64,000 nt of DNA from Candidatus Polarisedimenticolia bacterium (GCA_036005805.1 DASYQE010000086.1:14014-78013), one strand, 5' to 3'. Numbered from the stretch's first letter, positions 21,046-30,440 are shown. The notes: generated from the sequence alone by a model not told the origin. Made by a program: numbers and translations.

Positions 21046-21836
21046 GCCGAGCCGCCCGGCTCCTCGTCGCGCTGATCGTGCTTTTCGCCGGCGGTGGTCT
21101 CGCGTCCAAAGGCGGCGTCGCGGCCGCAGCCCAGGCGGGCGACAGCCCGCAGGCGCTCTTCGACCGGGCCGGATCGGACTATCGCGAAGGCCGCTTCGAC
21201 GAGGCGTCGAAGCGCTACGAGGCGATCGTCGCGCAGGGAATCGACGACGCCCGCGTCCACTACAACCTCGCCAACGCCTACTTCAAGCTGGGCCGGCTCG
21301 GCCCGGCGATCCTCGAGTACGAGCGATCGCTGCGCCTCGACCCGACCGATGGCGAGGCGCGCGACAACCTGGTGCTGGCGCGTGGCCTGCTGCGCGACAA
21401 GGTCACCGAGCCGGAGATGCAGTATCCGGTGAGGGTGCTGAAGGAGACGCTCGAGACGGTCCCCGCGGGGGTGGTCGCGGTCGCCTTCCTGGTCTTCTGG
21501 ATCGCCGCCTGGGGGGTCGCCGGTTTCATCCCGGTGACCGCCTCGTGGGTGCGGCGCCGCCTGCTCGGCTACGGGGCCCTGGCGCTCGGCCTCGTCGCGG
21601 TGACGTTCGGCGCCGCGCTCCTCTACCAGATGCGGCAGGAGACCGCCGGCATCGGCATCGTCATGGCCGACCGCGTCGACGTCCGCAGCGGGCCGGGCGA
21701 GGAGAACACCGTGCTGTTCACCGTGCACGAGGGGACCCGCATGGAGCTGCGGCACACGCTCGAGGCCTGGACGCAGGTGAGCCTGCCGAACGGCCTGAGC
21801 GGCTGGGTGCCGAGAAGCGCGGTCGAGAAGGTGTGA
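21042..21836 (+). CDS. batE: BatE-like protein (TPR repeats plus a C-terminal TM helix and an SH3b-like domain).
   Basis: The GTG at 21042 forms a GTGA overlap with batD. The TPR motif is HYNLANAYFKLGRLGPAILEYERSLRLDP. Confidence 0.8.
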   Translation: MSRAARLLVALIVLFAGGGLASKGGVAAAAQAGDSPQALFDRAGSDYREGRFDEASKRYEAIVAQGIDDARVHYNLANAYFKLGRLGPAILEYERSLRLDPTDGEARDNLVLARGLLRDKVTEPEMQYPVRVLKETLETVPAGVVAVAFLVFWIAAWGVAGFIPVTASWVRRRLLGYGALALGLVAVTFGAALLYQMRQETAGIGIVMADRVDVRSGPGEENTVLFTVHEGTRMELRHTLEAWTQVSLPNGLSGWVPRSAVEKV

Positions 21837-22966
21837 TCGGGACCTACCTGCACGTTCCTTTCTGCACGCTCCGCTGTTCGTACTGCGACTTCTACCTCCT
21901 TCCGAAGACCGCGCGCGGGGCCGGCCCGGACGGGCGCGCCGCGTTCGTCGAGGCGCTCGTCGCCGAGATCGGGCAAGCCGCCGCCGGGCACGGGCCGCTC
22001 GTCGCCGACACGGCGCACTTCGGCGGCGGGACGCCGTCCCTGCTCGAGCCGCCGCAGATCGCCGCGATCCTCGCGGCGCTGCGAGCCGGGTTCGGCCTGG
22101 CGGCGGGATCCGAGATCGCGCTGGAGGCGAACCCCGAGGACCTGGCGCCGCGGACCTGCGAAGACCTGGTCGCCGTCGGCGTGACCCGCCTGGCGGTCGG
22201 CGTGCAGTCGCTCGATGACGCGCTCCTGGCGCGCCTGCGCCGGCCGCACGATCGCGGCGGAGCGCTGGCCGCGCTCACCGCCGCCCGGCGCGCCGGGATC
22301 GGCAGCCTCGCGGCAGACCTCATGCTCGGGCTGCCGGACCAGGACGCCGACGAGGCGATCGCGGGGCTGCGCACCATCCTCGAGCACGGCGTCGATCACG
22401 TCTCGCTGTACCTGCTGGAGGTGCACGAGCGCACGCGCCTCGGGCGCGCCGTCGCGCTCGGCCGTCTCGACCTCCCGCCCGCCGACGACACCGCCGATCT
22501 CTGGGAGCGGGCGGTGGAAACGCTCGAAGCCGCCGGGTTCGAGCAGTACGAGATCTCCAACTTCGCGCGCCCGGGCCACCGCAGCCGGCACAACCTCAAG
22601 TACTGGACCGACCGGCCTTACCTCGGCTTCGGCCCGGCGGCGCACTCGTATCTCGACGGGGCACGCTGGTCCAATGCGCCCGACCTCGCCGGGTACGTCG
22701 CTTCGGGAGGGCGGCCGCAGCGGAACCGGGAGCCGGCGACGACGGCACAGCGGGGGCGCGAGGCGCTCTACGCGGGATTGCGGCTGGCGGAGGGGATCGA
22801 TCTGGCGCGACTGCGCGACCGCTATGGCGCAGACATCCTTGCGTCCGGCGACCCGCGTCTCGACCCGTTGATCGGGGCGGGGCTCCTGGTCCGGGAGGGG
22901 ACGCGCCTCGCGCTGACGCGCCGCGGCCGCCTGGTGTCGAACGAGGTGCTCGAGCGTCTCAGTTGA
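21833..22966 (+). CDS. hemW: Radical SAM family heme chaperone HemW (oxygen-independent coproporphyrinogen-III oxidase-like).
   Basis: The GTG start overlaps the batE stop (GTGTGA). It carries the CxxxCxxC motif in HVPFCTLRCSYCDF and the HemW-type GGGTPS motif. My reading of the raw text near 21780 disagreed with the ORF track by 1 nt, so the frame was taken from the ORF track. Confidence 0.85.
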   Translation: MIGTYLHVPFCTLRCSYCDFYLLPKTARGAGPDGRAAFVEALVAEIGQAAAGHGPLVADTAHFGGGTPSLLEPPQIAAILAALRAGFGLAAGSEIALEANPEDLAPRTCEDLVAVGVTRLAVGVQSLDDALLARLRRPHDRGGALAALTAARRAGIGSLAADLMLGLPDQDADEAIAGLRTILEHGVDHVSLYLLEVHERTRLGRAVALGRLDLPPADDTADLWERAVETLEAAGFEQYEISNFARPGHRSRHNLKYWTDRPYLGFGPAAHSYLDGARWSNAPDLAGYVASGGRPQRNREPATTAQRGREALYAGLRLAEGIDLARLRDRYGADILASGDPRLDPLIGAGLLVREGTRLALTRRGRLVSNEVLERLS

Positions 22967-24305
22967 TGTAGCCGAGGGAGCGCAGGCGCTCCTCCTGCTC
23001 GGGCGTCAGCTCCTCGCTCCCGGGCGTCATCGCGCCGGAGCCGCAGTCGGCGAAGCGCTTCACCTCGAGGGAGAGCCGCTGGCGCACGTCGGCGAGCGCC
23101 GGATCGTCGATCCGGTTCGAGAGCTCGCCCGGGTCGGCCGGGAGATCGTAGAGCTCGAGGATCTCCTTGCCGGGAGTCGGGATCAGGATGAGCTTGTAGC
23201 GCCCGTCGCCCGCCGAGGTCCAGTGGCCGCACAGCCCGCGGATGTAGAAGCGCGGGTTCTCGGGATGGATGAGCTGGAAGTCGCTCTCCGCGTGGACGAA
23301 GGGGCGTCCCGCCGCGACCGGGACCATGACTCCCGCGTTCTTGTTCGCGCCCGCCGGGCCCGTGGTCACGAGCGGCCGCCCTTCCACGCCCTGCAGACGA
23401 TCCACTCCGGCGAGCGCCAGGATGGTCGGCGCGATGTCGATGTTCTCAGCCAGGACGGAGCTCCTCGATGCGGCGGCGAGCCTCCCCGGGAAGCGGAACA
23501 GGAGCGGGATGCGCAGTGATCCCTCGTAGAGGGTCTCGCCGTGCGCGAAGTGATAGCCATGCTCGCCGAGGCTCTCGCCGTGATCGGAGGTCACGACCGT
23601 GAGCAGGGGACCGGGAAGGCGGTCGAGCCGCTCGAGCAGGGGAGCCAGCGCGGCATCGGTGCGGGCGATCTCGCCGTCGTACAGGGCGACGATGTGCTGC
23701 TTCTGCCGCGCGTCGATCGGCGGATCGAAGATGAGCCGTCCCTTGGTGAACCGGTGCGCGTCGAGGTCGGCGTAGACGGTCAGCGGCCCGGTGAAGCCGG
23801 GATCGAAGGCGGTGTCCCACGGCGCCCCGGGCTCGTAGCGCCAGTGCGGGTCGAGGTAGTGCACCCACAGGAAGAAGGGCTGGTGCTGCGCCGTCAGAGA
23901 GTCGAGCAGCCGCACCGCCGACTCGGTCACCGCCGCGGCGGAATCGCCGTCCCAGCGCGCCTCCGGATTGTCGTAGCGGTCGAAGCCCTGCTCGAACCCC
24001 TGGCCGGGGCGCAGGAAGGTGTTGGAGACGGCGGCGGCGGTGGCGTATCCCGCGCTCTTCAGCGCTTCCGCCAGCGTCAGGTTGGTTTCGGGGAGACGCA
24101 TGAAAAGGCCGCGCGCCCCGTGCGATTTCGGATAGCGGCCGGTGAGGATCGAGCCGACCCCCTGCGTGGTGCGCGGCAGCGTCGTCGTGGCGCGCTCGAA
24201 GACCAGTCCCTGCTGCGCCAGCGCGTCGAGGTGGGGCGAGGTGGCGCGGGCATAGCCGTAGCAGCCGAGGTGGTCGGCGCGCAGGGTGTCGATGGTGATG
24301 AGCAC
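22959..24305 (-). CDS. Sulfatase-family protein (alkaline-phosphatase superfamily).
   Basis: A 448-aa ORF with sulfatase family motifs (TGRYPKSHG, LTVVTSDHGESLGEHG). It probably extends upstream, since an in-frame lipoprotein-like signal (PRIAAAAAAFLLLAGATAC) precedes the listed GTG with no canonical start before the upstream stop. Confidence 0.8.
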   Translation of the reverse strand: MLITIDTLRADHLGCYGYARATSPHLDALAQQGLVFERATTTLPRTTQGVGSILTGRYPKSHGARGLFMRLPETNLTLAEALKSAGYATAAAVSNTFLRPGQGFEQGFDRYDNPEARWDGDSAAAVTESAVRLLDSLTAQHQPFFLWVHYLDPHWRYEPGAPWDTAFDPGFTGPLTVYADLDAHRFTKGRLIFDPPIDARQKQHIVALYDGEIARTDAALAPLLERLDRLPGPLLTVVTSDHGESLGEHGYHFAHGETLYEGSLRIPLLFRFPGRLAAASRSSVLAENIDIAPTILALAGVDRLQGVEGRPLVTTGPAGANKNAGVMVPVAAGRPFVHAESDFQLIHPENPRFYIRGLCGHWTSAGDGRYKLILIPTPGKEILELYDLPADPGELSNRIDDPALADVRQRLSLEVKRFADCGSGAMTPGSEELTPEQEERLRSLGYIN

Positions 24306-24458
24306 GACGCTCGGGCGGGAGCCGCCGCGGCACGCGGTCGCGCCGGCGAGGAGCAGGAAGGCGGCCGCCGCCGCGGCGATCCGCGGCGTCGCGACCCTGT
24401 CAGTCCGCAGCGGCGCGCCTCATGGCGGCGGGATTATAGCGTCGTGTACGATGCCGCC

Positions 24459-25499
24459 ATGACCGGGTCCGTCATCGACCTGCGCAGCGACACCATCACC
24501 CGCCCCACCGCCGCGATGCGGCGGGCCATGGCGGAGGCGGAGGTCGGCGACGACGTTTATCGTGAAGACCCGACCGTCCGGCTCCTGGAAGAGCGGGCGG
24601 CGGAAAGGCTCGGCAAGCAGGCCGCCCTCTTCGTCCCCAGCGGCACCATGGGCAACCAGATCGCCATCAACCTCTGGACCCGCCCGGGACAGGAAGTCGT
24701 GCTCGAGGATCGCAGCCACATCCTGGACTACGAGATGGCGCAGATGGCCGCCTTCTCGGGAGTCCTGGCGCGGCCCATCCCTTCGCAGGACGGGATGCCG
24801 ACCGCCGGGCAGTATCGGGCGGCCATCCGGCCCCCGACCGCCTACGTCGCCCGGACCGGCCTCTTCGCCCTCGAGAACCCGCACAACTTCGCCGGCGGGA
24901 CGATCGCGTCGCAGACGGAGGTCGAGGCGATCGGGACCGTGGCGCGCGAGCACCGGCTGCGGGTGCACCTCGACGGCGCGCGTCTCTTCAACGCCGCGGT
25001 CGCGCTGTCAACGAGCGCCGCCGAGCTGGCGGGCCCGTGCGACTCGGTGATGGTGTGTCTCTCGAAGGGGCTGGGCGCGCCGATCGGATCCATCCTCGCC
25101 GGACCGGCCGATTTCATCGACGAGGCCTGGCGGGTGCGCAAGCGCCTCGGGGGAGGCATGCGGCAGGTCGGGGTGATCGCCGCGGCCGGGATCATCGCCC
25201 TGGAGAAGCAGGTGGACCGGCTCGCCGACGATCACGCGCTGGCGCAGCGTCTCGCGCAGCGGATAGCCGCCATCCCGGGACTGGTGGCCGATCCGGCGCG
25301 CGTGCACACCAACATCGTGATCTTCGAGGCGGCGCCGGGAGGCCCCGGGGGAGCGGAGATCGCCGGGCGTTGGCGGCAGTCCGGTGTGCTGTGCCTCGTG
25401 GCGGGCGAGCGCAAAGTCCGGGCGGTCACCTGCTACGAGGTCGGCCCCACCGAGATCGACGCCGCCGCCGACCGGCTGCGCGCCGCGATGGGCGCCTGA
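24459..25499 (+). CDS. ltaE: Low-specificity L-threonine aldolase (PLP-dependent).
   Basis: The ATG at 24459 is internal to the listed 23541..25499 ORF. It carries the LtaE-type motifs DLRSDTITRPT and VPSGTMGNQIAI. Confidence 0.9.
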   Translation: MTGSVIDLRSDTITRPTAAMRRAMAEAEVGDDVYREDPTVRLLEERAAERLGKQAALFVPSGTMGNQIAINLWTRPGQEVVLEDRSHILDYEMAQMAAFSGVLARPIPSQDGMPTAGQYRAAIRPPTAYVARTGLFALENPHNFAGGTIASQTEVEAIGTVAREHRLRVHLDGARLFNAAVALSTSAAELAGPCDSVMVCLSKGLGAPIGSILAGPADFIDEAWRVRKRLGGGMRQVGVIAAAGIIALEKQVDRLADDHALAQRLAQRIAAIPGLVADPARVHTNIVIFEAAPGGPGGAEIAGRWRQSGVLCLVAGERKVRAVTCYEVGPTEIDAAADRLRAAMGA

Positions 25500-25519
25500 G
25501 CCACGCGGCGGCTCGCCCG

Positions 25520-25553
25520 AAAAAAAAGACGCCGGACCCTGGCGGATCCGGCG
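25520..25553 (-). terminator. Rho-independent terminator for hsp20 on the minus strand: a GCCGGA...TCCGGC hairpin followed by T8. The same hairpin lies downstream of ltaE on the plus strand but has no T-run there.
   Basis: The minus strand reads GCCGGAtccgccagggTCCGGCgtcTTTTTTTTcggg. Confidence 0.55.
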
Positions 25554-25574
25554 CCTCGTCACGGTCTCCGGTCG

Positions 25575-26018
25575 TTACGACGCGACGATCTCGATCTTGC
25601 GGGGCTTCGCCACCTCGGCCTTCGGCAGCACCAGCTCCAGGACACCATCCTTGTAGCGCGCCTGGATCCTGCCGGCGTCGATGGTGGCGGGAAGCGCGAA
25701 GCTGCGCGTGAAGGAGCCGTAGAACCGCTCGACGCGGTGCGTCGTCTCCCCTTGAACCTCCTGCTCCATCTTCTTCTCGCCACGCAGGGTCAGCGTGCCG
25801 TTCTCCAGCTTGATGTCGATGTCCTCCTTGGACACCCCGGGGATCTCGGCGCGGAACACCAGCCGCTCCGGCTCCTCGACGACGTCCACCGGAGGAACCC
25901 ACGAGCCGACCCCTTCCGGGCTGTTCCAGGCCTGGACGGAGTCTCCGAGCAGGCGGTTGAGCCTGTTCTGGAAGGTCAGCATGTCGCGGTAGGGCTCCCA
26001 ACGGGACACAGTCAGCAT
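25575..26018 (-). CDS. Small heat-shock protein (Hsp20/alpha-crystallin family).
   Basis: A 147-aa ORF with an alpha-crystallin domain (PPVDVVEEPERLVFRAEIPGVSKEDIDIKLENGTLTLRGEK) and the strong RBS gaaggagg. Confidence 0.95.
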   Translation of the reverse strand: MLTVSRWEPYRDMLTFQNRLNRLLGDSVQAWNSPEGVGSWVPPVDVVEEPERLVFRAEIPGVSKEDIDIKLENGTLTLRGEKKMEQEVQGETTHRVERFYGSFTRSFALPATIDAGRIQARYKDGVLELVLPKAEVAKPRKIEIVAS

Positions 26019-26059
26019 TTGATTGAACCTCCTTCGAATGAGTCCTTCAAGCGATGAGG

Positions 26060-26088
26060 AAGATAAAACATGAGCGTAACGTTGTCAA
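26060..26088 (-). promoter_or_regulatory. Sigma70-like promoter for hsp20 inside an AT-rich island: TTGACA-N17-TATCTT on the minus strand. Overlapping ACTTGA direct repeats and a possible anti-SD hairpin sit in the roughly 35-nt leader.
   Basis: The minus strand reads acTTGACAacgttacgctcatgtttTATCTTcctcatcgcttgaaggactcattcGAAGGAGGttcaatcaATG. Confidence 0.45.
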
Positions 26089-26216
26089 GTAATCTCAAGT
26101 AAAAATATGACATAAATAAAACCTTAATTTACAGTCACTTATATGCCAGCCACAGAAACGGCCTGTCCGGGAAGCGCGAAGTCGAAGCCCGGCCGGAGGC
26201 GATCCGGCTCATCAAC

Positions 26217-26245
26217 TTGATCGCGCCATAGGCGTGCAATAGAAT
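26217..26245 (+). promoter_or_regulatory. Near-consensus sigma70-type promoter for the acyl-CoA dehydrogenase operon: TTGATC-N17-TAGAAT.
   Basis: The sequence is aacTTGATCgcgccataggcgtgcaaTAGAATtcgcc, about 45 nt upstream of the TTG start at 26290. Confidence 0.5.
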
Positions 26246-26289
26246 TCGCCTTCGCGGCCGGTTTCCCGCCTCTTTTTCAGGAGCTTCGG

Positions 26290-27450
26290 TTGGATTTCAG
26301 CCTCAGCGAAGAGCAGGAGCTGACCCGCCGCACCGTTCGTGAGTTCGCCGAACGGGAGATTGCCCCGCGCTCGCGCCGCCTCGACGAGACCCAGGAGTTC
26401 CCTCTCGACCTGATGCAGAGGCTCGGGGAGATGGGGCTGCTCGGCGTGGTCTTTCCCCCGGAATACGGTGGTGCCGGGCTGACCTATCCTGACTTCGCCC
26501 TCATCATCGAAGAGCTGGCGCGCGTCGACGGCGCCATCGCGCTTTCGGTCGCCGCCCACAATTCGCTCTGCAGCAATCACATCTACCTGGCCGGCAACGA
26601 AGAGCAGAAGAAGCGCTGGCTGGTGCCCCTGGCGCGCGGCGAGAAGATTGGCGCCTGGAGCCTCACCGAGCCGACCGCCGGCAGCGACGCCTCGGGCACG
26701 CGCACGACGGCGGTGAAGGACGGCGACCATTACGTCCTCAATGGCAGCAAGACCTTCGCGACGCACGGCTCGGTCTGCGATGTCGCCGTGGTCTTCGCGG
26801 TCACCGACAAGTCGAAGGGCAAGCACGGCATCTCCGCCTTCGCGCTGGAGAAGGGGCTTCCCGGATGGCGCCCCGGCCGCAAGGAAGACAAGATGGGCTG
26901 CCGCGCCTCCGATACGTCCGAGATCGTCATGGACAACTGCCGCGTCCCGGCGAGCCACCTGGTCGGCCGGGAGGGCGAGGGGTTCATCGATGCGCTGCGC
27001 ATCCTCGACGGCGGCCGCATCGGCATCGGATCGCTTGCGGTCGGCATCGCGCAGGGGGCGTTCGAGCAGGCCGTCGGGTATGCGCGCAAGCGACAGCAGT
27101 TCGGCCGGGCGATCGCCGAGTTCCAGGCGGTGCAGTGGATGCTCGCCGACAGCGCCACGGAGATCGACGCGGCGCGGCTGCTGGTGCAGCGGGCCGCCTC
27201 GCTGCGGGCGGCCGGACAGGACACCAATCTCGCGTCGGCGATGGCCAAGCTGTACGCCTCCGAGACCGCGGTGCGCGTCTGCGATCGGGCGGTGCAGATC
27301 CACGGCGGCTACGGCTACGTGAAGGACTATCCCGTCGAGCAGAAATACCGCGACGCGAAGATCACCACCATCGGTGAAGGCACCTCCGAGATCCAGCGCC
27401 TGGTCATCGCCCGCCACCTGATCGGCCGAGCCTCAGGCCAGACTCCGTGA
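26290..27450 (+). CDS. Acyl-CoA dehydrogenase (short or branched-chain type), with a TTG start.
   Basis: A 386-aa ORF with ACAD N, middle and C domains ([42 protein letters not shown]). Confidence 0.9.
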   Translation: MDFSLSEEQELTRRTVREFAEREIAPRSRRLDETQEFPLDLMQRLGEMGLLGVVFPPEYGGAGLTYPDFALIIEELARVDGAIALSVAAHNSLCSNHIYLAGNEEQKKRWLVPLARGEKIGAWSLTEPTAGSDASGTRTTAVKDGDHYVLNGSKTFATHGSVCDVAVVFAVTDKSKGKHGISAFALEKGLPGWRPGRKEDKMGCRASDTSEIVMDNCRVPASHLVGREGEGFIDALRILDGGRIGIGSLAVGIAQGAFEQAVGYARKRQQFGRAIAEFQAVQWMLADSATEIDAARLLVQRAASLRAAGQDTNLASAMAKLYASETAVRVCDRAVQIHGGYGYVKDYPVEQKYRDAKITTIGEGTSEIQRLVIARHLIGRASGQTP

Positions 27451-28799
27451 GCCAGGAGCTCCGGGAGCGCGTCGAGCGCGGCGAGCCGCTGGCGCTGGCG
27501 CGCGCCATCAGCCTGGTGGAGGCGGGCCGCTCCGAAGGCATCGCGCTCCTCCAGGAGATCTACGGCCGCACCGGCCGGGCGGCGATCCTCGGCGTCACCG
27601 GGCCTCCCGGCGCCGGCAAGAGCACCCTGGTCAACCGCCTCATCGCCCATCACCGCAAAGCCGGCCGCAAGGTCGGGGTGGTCGCCGTCGATCCGTCGAG
27701 CGCCTTCTCCGGCGGCGCCATCCTCGGCGACCGCATCAGGATGATGGAGCACACCCTCGACGAGGGCGTGTTCATCCGCTCGATGGCCAGCCGCGGCCAG
27801 TTCGGCGGCCTGTCGCGCGCCACGCGCGACGCCGTCGATCTGCTCGATGCCGGAGGCTTCGATCCGATCCTGATCGAGACGGTCGGCGTGGGCCAGGACG
27901 AGATCGACGTCGTGCGGGTGGCCGACACCGTGCTCGTCGTGCTGACGCCCGGGCAGGGGGACGAGGTGCAGGCGATCAAGGCGGGGCTCCTCGAGATCGC
28001 CGACGTCTTCGTCGTCAACAAGGCCGACCACGCCGGCGCCGACCGGCTCGCCTCCGATCTCGAGGGGATGCTGGCGCTCGGCGGGACGCGGCCGTGGAAG
28101 CCGCCGATCGTCCGCACGGTCGCGAGCGACGGGAGCGGGGTCGAGACGCTGCTCGCCGCGGTCGAGCGCCACACCGCGTGGCTGCAGAAAAGCGGCGAGC
28201 GCGCCACCCGCCGTCGCGAAGGTCTGCGCCTGCGGCTGCACGACATCCTCAAGGGGCGCGTGCTGGAGCGCCTGGCGGCCGACGCCCCGGCGCGCCGCGC
28301 CCTCCTGGAGTGGGAGGAGAAGGTGGCCGACCGGTCGGTCGATCCCTACACCGCGGCGTCGGCCCTCCTCGAGGGTCCGGGGGGCGCGGTGCTCGATCAC
28401 ATCGGCATCGCGGTGCGGCGTCTGGACGAGCGGCTGCCGTTCTATCGCGATCTCCTCGGACTCGAGCACGCGGGAACGGAAGAGGTTTCGACCGAAGGGG
28501 TGCGGGCCGCCTTCCTGCCGGCGGGACGGACGCGCCTCGAGCTGCTGGAGCCCTTGCGCGATGACGCGACCCTGGCGCGCCATCTCGAGAAGCGCGGCGA
28601 AGGAGTGCACCATCTCTGCTTCGAGGTGGACGATCTCGACGCCGCGCTGCACAGGCTCGAGGCGGCGGGGCACGAGATCGTCGGCGGCGGGGCGCGGCCG
28701 GGGGCGGAAGGTTCGCGGGTGGCCTTCCTGCATCCGAAGCGGACCGGCGGCGTCCTGGTCGAGCTGCGCACCCGTGGCCGGCAGAGCGAGGCGACATGA
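27447..28799 (+). CDS. meaB: Fusion protein: a MeaB/ArgK-type G-protein chaperone (methylmalonyl-CoA-mutase-associated GTPase) joined to a C-terminal methylmalonyl-CoA epimerase (VOC/glyoxalase fold).
   Basis: GTGA overlap with the preceding gene. The MeaB P-loop is GVTGPPGAGKST and the NKAD motif is present. The C-terminal roughly 130 aa (HIGIAVRRLDERLPFYRDLLGL...VHHLCFEVDDLDAAL) match the epimerase fold. Confidence 0.88.
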   Translation: MSQELRERVERGEPLALARAISLVEAGRSEGIALLQEIYGRTGRAAILGVTGPPGAGKSTLVNRLIAHHRKAGRKVGVVAVDPSSAFSGGAILGDRIRMMEHTLDEGVFIRSMASRGQFGGLSRATRDAVDLLDAGGFDPILIETVGVGQDEIDVVRVADTVLVVLTPGQGDEVQAIKAGLLEIADVFVVNKADHAGADRLASDLEGMLALGGTRPWKPPIVRTVASDGSGVETLLAAVERHTAWLQKSGERATRRREGLRLRLHDILKGRVLERLAADAPARRALLEWEEKVADRSVDPYTAASALLEGPGGAVLDHIGIAVRRLDERLPFYRDLLGLEHAGTEEVSTEGVRAAFLPAGRTRLELLEPLRDDATLARHLEKRGEGVHHLCFEVDDLDAALHRLEAAGHEIVGGGARPGAEGSRVAFLHPKRTGGVLVELRTRGRQSEAT

Positions 28800-29500
28800 A
28801 CAAGGTGGTGCGCGACGCGGACGAGGCGATCGCCGATGTGCGGAACGGCGCCTCCATCATGATGGGCGGGTTCGGGGTCTGCGGCATCCCGGAGCACCTC
28901 ATCGCGGCGCTGGTGCGCCGCGGCACGAGCGGGCTCACGGTGATGTCCAACAACGCGGGCGTCGGCGATTTCGGCATCGGCCTGCTGCTGCAGAAGCGGC
29001 AGGTGCGCAAGATGATCTCCACCTACGTCGGCGGGAACGAGCTGTTCGAGAAGCAGTTCCTCTCCGGCGAGCTGGAGGTGGAGCTGGTCCCGCAGGGGAC
29101 CTTCGCCGAGCGCATCCGCGCCGGAGGCGCCGGCATCCCCGCCTTCTTCACGCCGACCGGTTTCGGCACGCAGGTGGCCGAGGGGAAGGAGACGCGCGCA
29201 TTCGACGGTCGCCACTACGTCATGGAGCGCGGCCTGACCGCGGATTTCGCCTTCGTCAAGGCGTGGCGGGGCGACCGGCACGGCAACCTCGTCTACCGGA
29301 AGACGACGCGCAACTTTTCTCCCATGATGGCGACCGCCGGCCGGATCACCATCGCCGAGGTGGAGCAGCTCGTGGAGCCGGGAGCCATCGACCCGGACCA
29401 CGTCCACACGCCGGGGATCTTCGTGCAGCGCATCTTCCAGGGGACCCACTATGAAAAGCGGATCGAGCAGCGAACGACTCGTGACGCGGGCCGCCGCTGA
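28796..29500 (+). CDS. scoA: 3-oxoacid CoA-transferase subunit A.
   Basis: ATGA overlap with the preceding gene, and ScoA/AtoD family sequence ([29 protein letters not shown]). Confidence 0.9.
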   Translation: MNKVVRDADEAIADVRNGASIMMGGFGVCGIPEHLIAALVRRGTSGLTVMSNNAGVGDFGIGLLLQKRQVRKMISTYVGGNELFEKQFLSGELEVELVPQGTFAERIRAGGAGIPAFFTPTGFGTQVAEGKETRAFDGRHYVMERGLTADFAFVKAWRGDRHGNLVYRKTTRNFSPMMATAGRITIAEVEQLVEPGAIDPDHVHTPGIFVQRIFQGTHYEKRIEQRTTRDAGRR

Positions 29501-30122
29501 GCTCCACGACGGCGACTACGTCAACCTCGGCATCGGCATGCCGACCCAGGTGGCCAACCACGTCCCGGAGGGCATGCAGGTCACCTTCCAGTCGGAAAAT
29601 GGCATGCTGGGCGTCGGGCCGTTCCCGCTCGATGCGGACGTCGATCCCGATCTCATCAACGCCGGCAAGCAGACGGTGAGCGAGACGCCCGGCTGCTCGT
29701 ACTTCAGCAGCGCCGACTCGTTCGGGATGATCCGCGGCGGTCACGTCGATGTCAGCATCCTCGGCGGCATGGAGGTGGACGAGGCGGGGAACCTGGCGAA
29801 CTGGATGGTGCCGGGCAAGATGGTGAAGGGGATGGGGGGCGCGATGGACCTCGTCGCCGGGGCGAAGCGCGTGGTGGTGATGATGACCCACACCACCAAG
29901 GAAGGGGAGCCGAAGATCCTCAAGACCTGTCGCCTGCCGCTGACCGGCGTGGCGGTGGTGCACCGCATCATCACCGAGCTGGCGGTGATCGATGTCACGC
30001 CGCAAGGGCTGGTCCTGCGCGAGATCGCGCCCGACACCACGATCGAGGCGGTGCAGGCGAAGACCGAGGCGCGGCTCATCCCCGATCCGCAGGGCGTGCG
30101 GCCGATGGCGGGGGTGTCGTGA
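29451..30122 (+). CDS. scoB: 3-oxoacid CoA-transferase subunit B.
   Basis: ScoB/AtoA family sequence ([19 protein letters not shown], active-site E in GGMEVDE). It overlaps scoA by 50 nt in a different frame. Confidence 0.88.
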   Translation: MKSGSSSERLVTRAAAELHDGDYVNLGIGMPTQVANHVPEGMQVTFQSENGMLGVGPFPLDADVDPDLINAGKQTVSETPGCSYFSSADSFGMIRGGHVDVSILGGMEVDEAGNLANWMVPGKMVKGMGGAMDLVAGAKRVVVMMTHTTKEGEPKILKTCRLPLTGVAVVHRIITELAVIDVTPQGLVLREIAPDTTIEAVQAKTEARLIPDPQGVRPMAGVS

Positions 30123-30436
30123 CGCTCGTCCTGCCGTTCCTCAAGCCGCCGTCGGTCGTCATCGTCTACTTGCAGAACCCGCGCGAGCGCTACTGGGGCA
30201 TCGTCCAGGCGCTCGACGCGACGGGTCTCTTGCTGCGCGGGACCGACCTGAACTCGTTCGACGACTGGGTCCGGCAGGCGGGAACGGGCGAGCCGCAGGA
30301 GGCGAGCACGCTCTTCTTCCCGCTGGCGCGCGTCGAGAAGGTGCTGGTGGACGCGCCGGCCGGTCCCGCCCCCTCGCTGCAGCAGCAGTTCGAGGCGCGC
30401 GTCGGCCGCCCCCTGCTGAGCTTCCTCGAAGCCTAG
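30119..30436 (+). CDS. Hypothetical small protein (105 aa) translationally coupled to scoB by a GTGA overlap.
   Basis: Its position in the operon and its protein-like composition. No family was recognised. Confidence 0.4.
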   Translation: MTLVLPFLKPPSVVIVYLQNPRERYWGIVQALDATGLLLRGTDLNSFDDWVRQAGTGEPQEASTLFFPLARVEKVLVDAPAGPAPSLQQQFEARVGRPLLSFLEA

Positions 30437-30440
30437 GCTC

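Noticed and set aside
24421-24423. The ATG at 24423 as an upstream start for the sulfatase
   Set aside because: It is out of frame with the sulfatase and reads MRRAAAD followed by a stop.
26019-26289. CIRCE (TTAGCACTC-N9-GAGTGCTAA), canonical HAIR (CTTGAGT-N7-ACTCAAG) or sigma32 (CTTGAAA...CCCCAT) elements upstream of hsp20
   Set aside because: Only partial resemblances are present (ACTTGA direct repeats, and CTTGAAGG without a CCCCAT box). The region is called a sigma70-like promoter instead.
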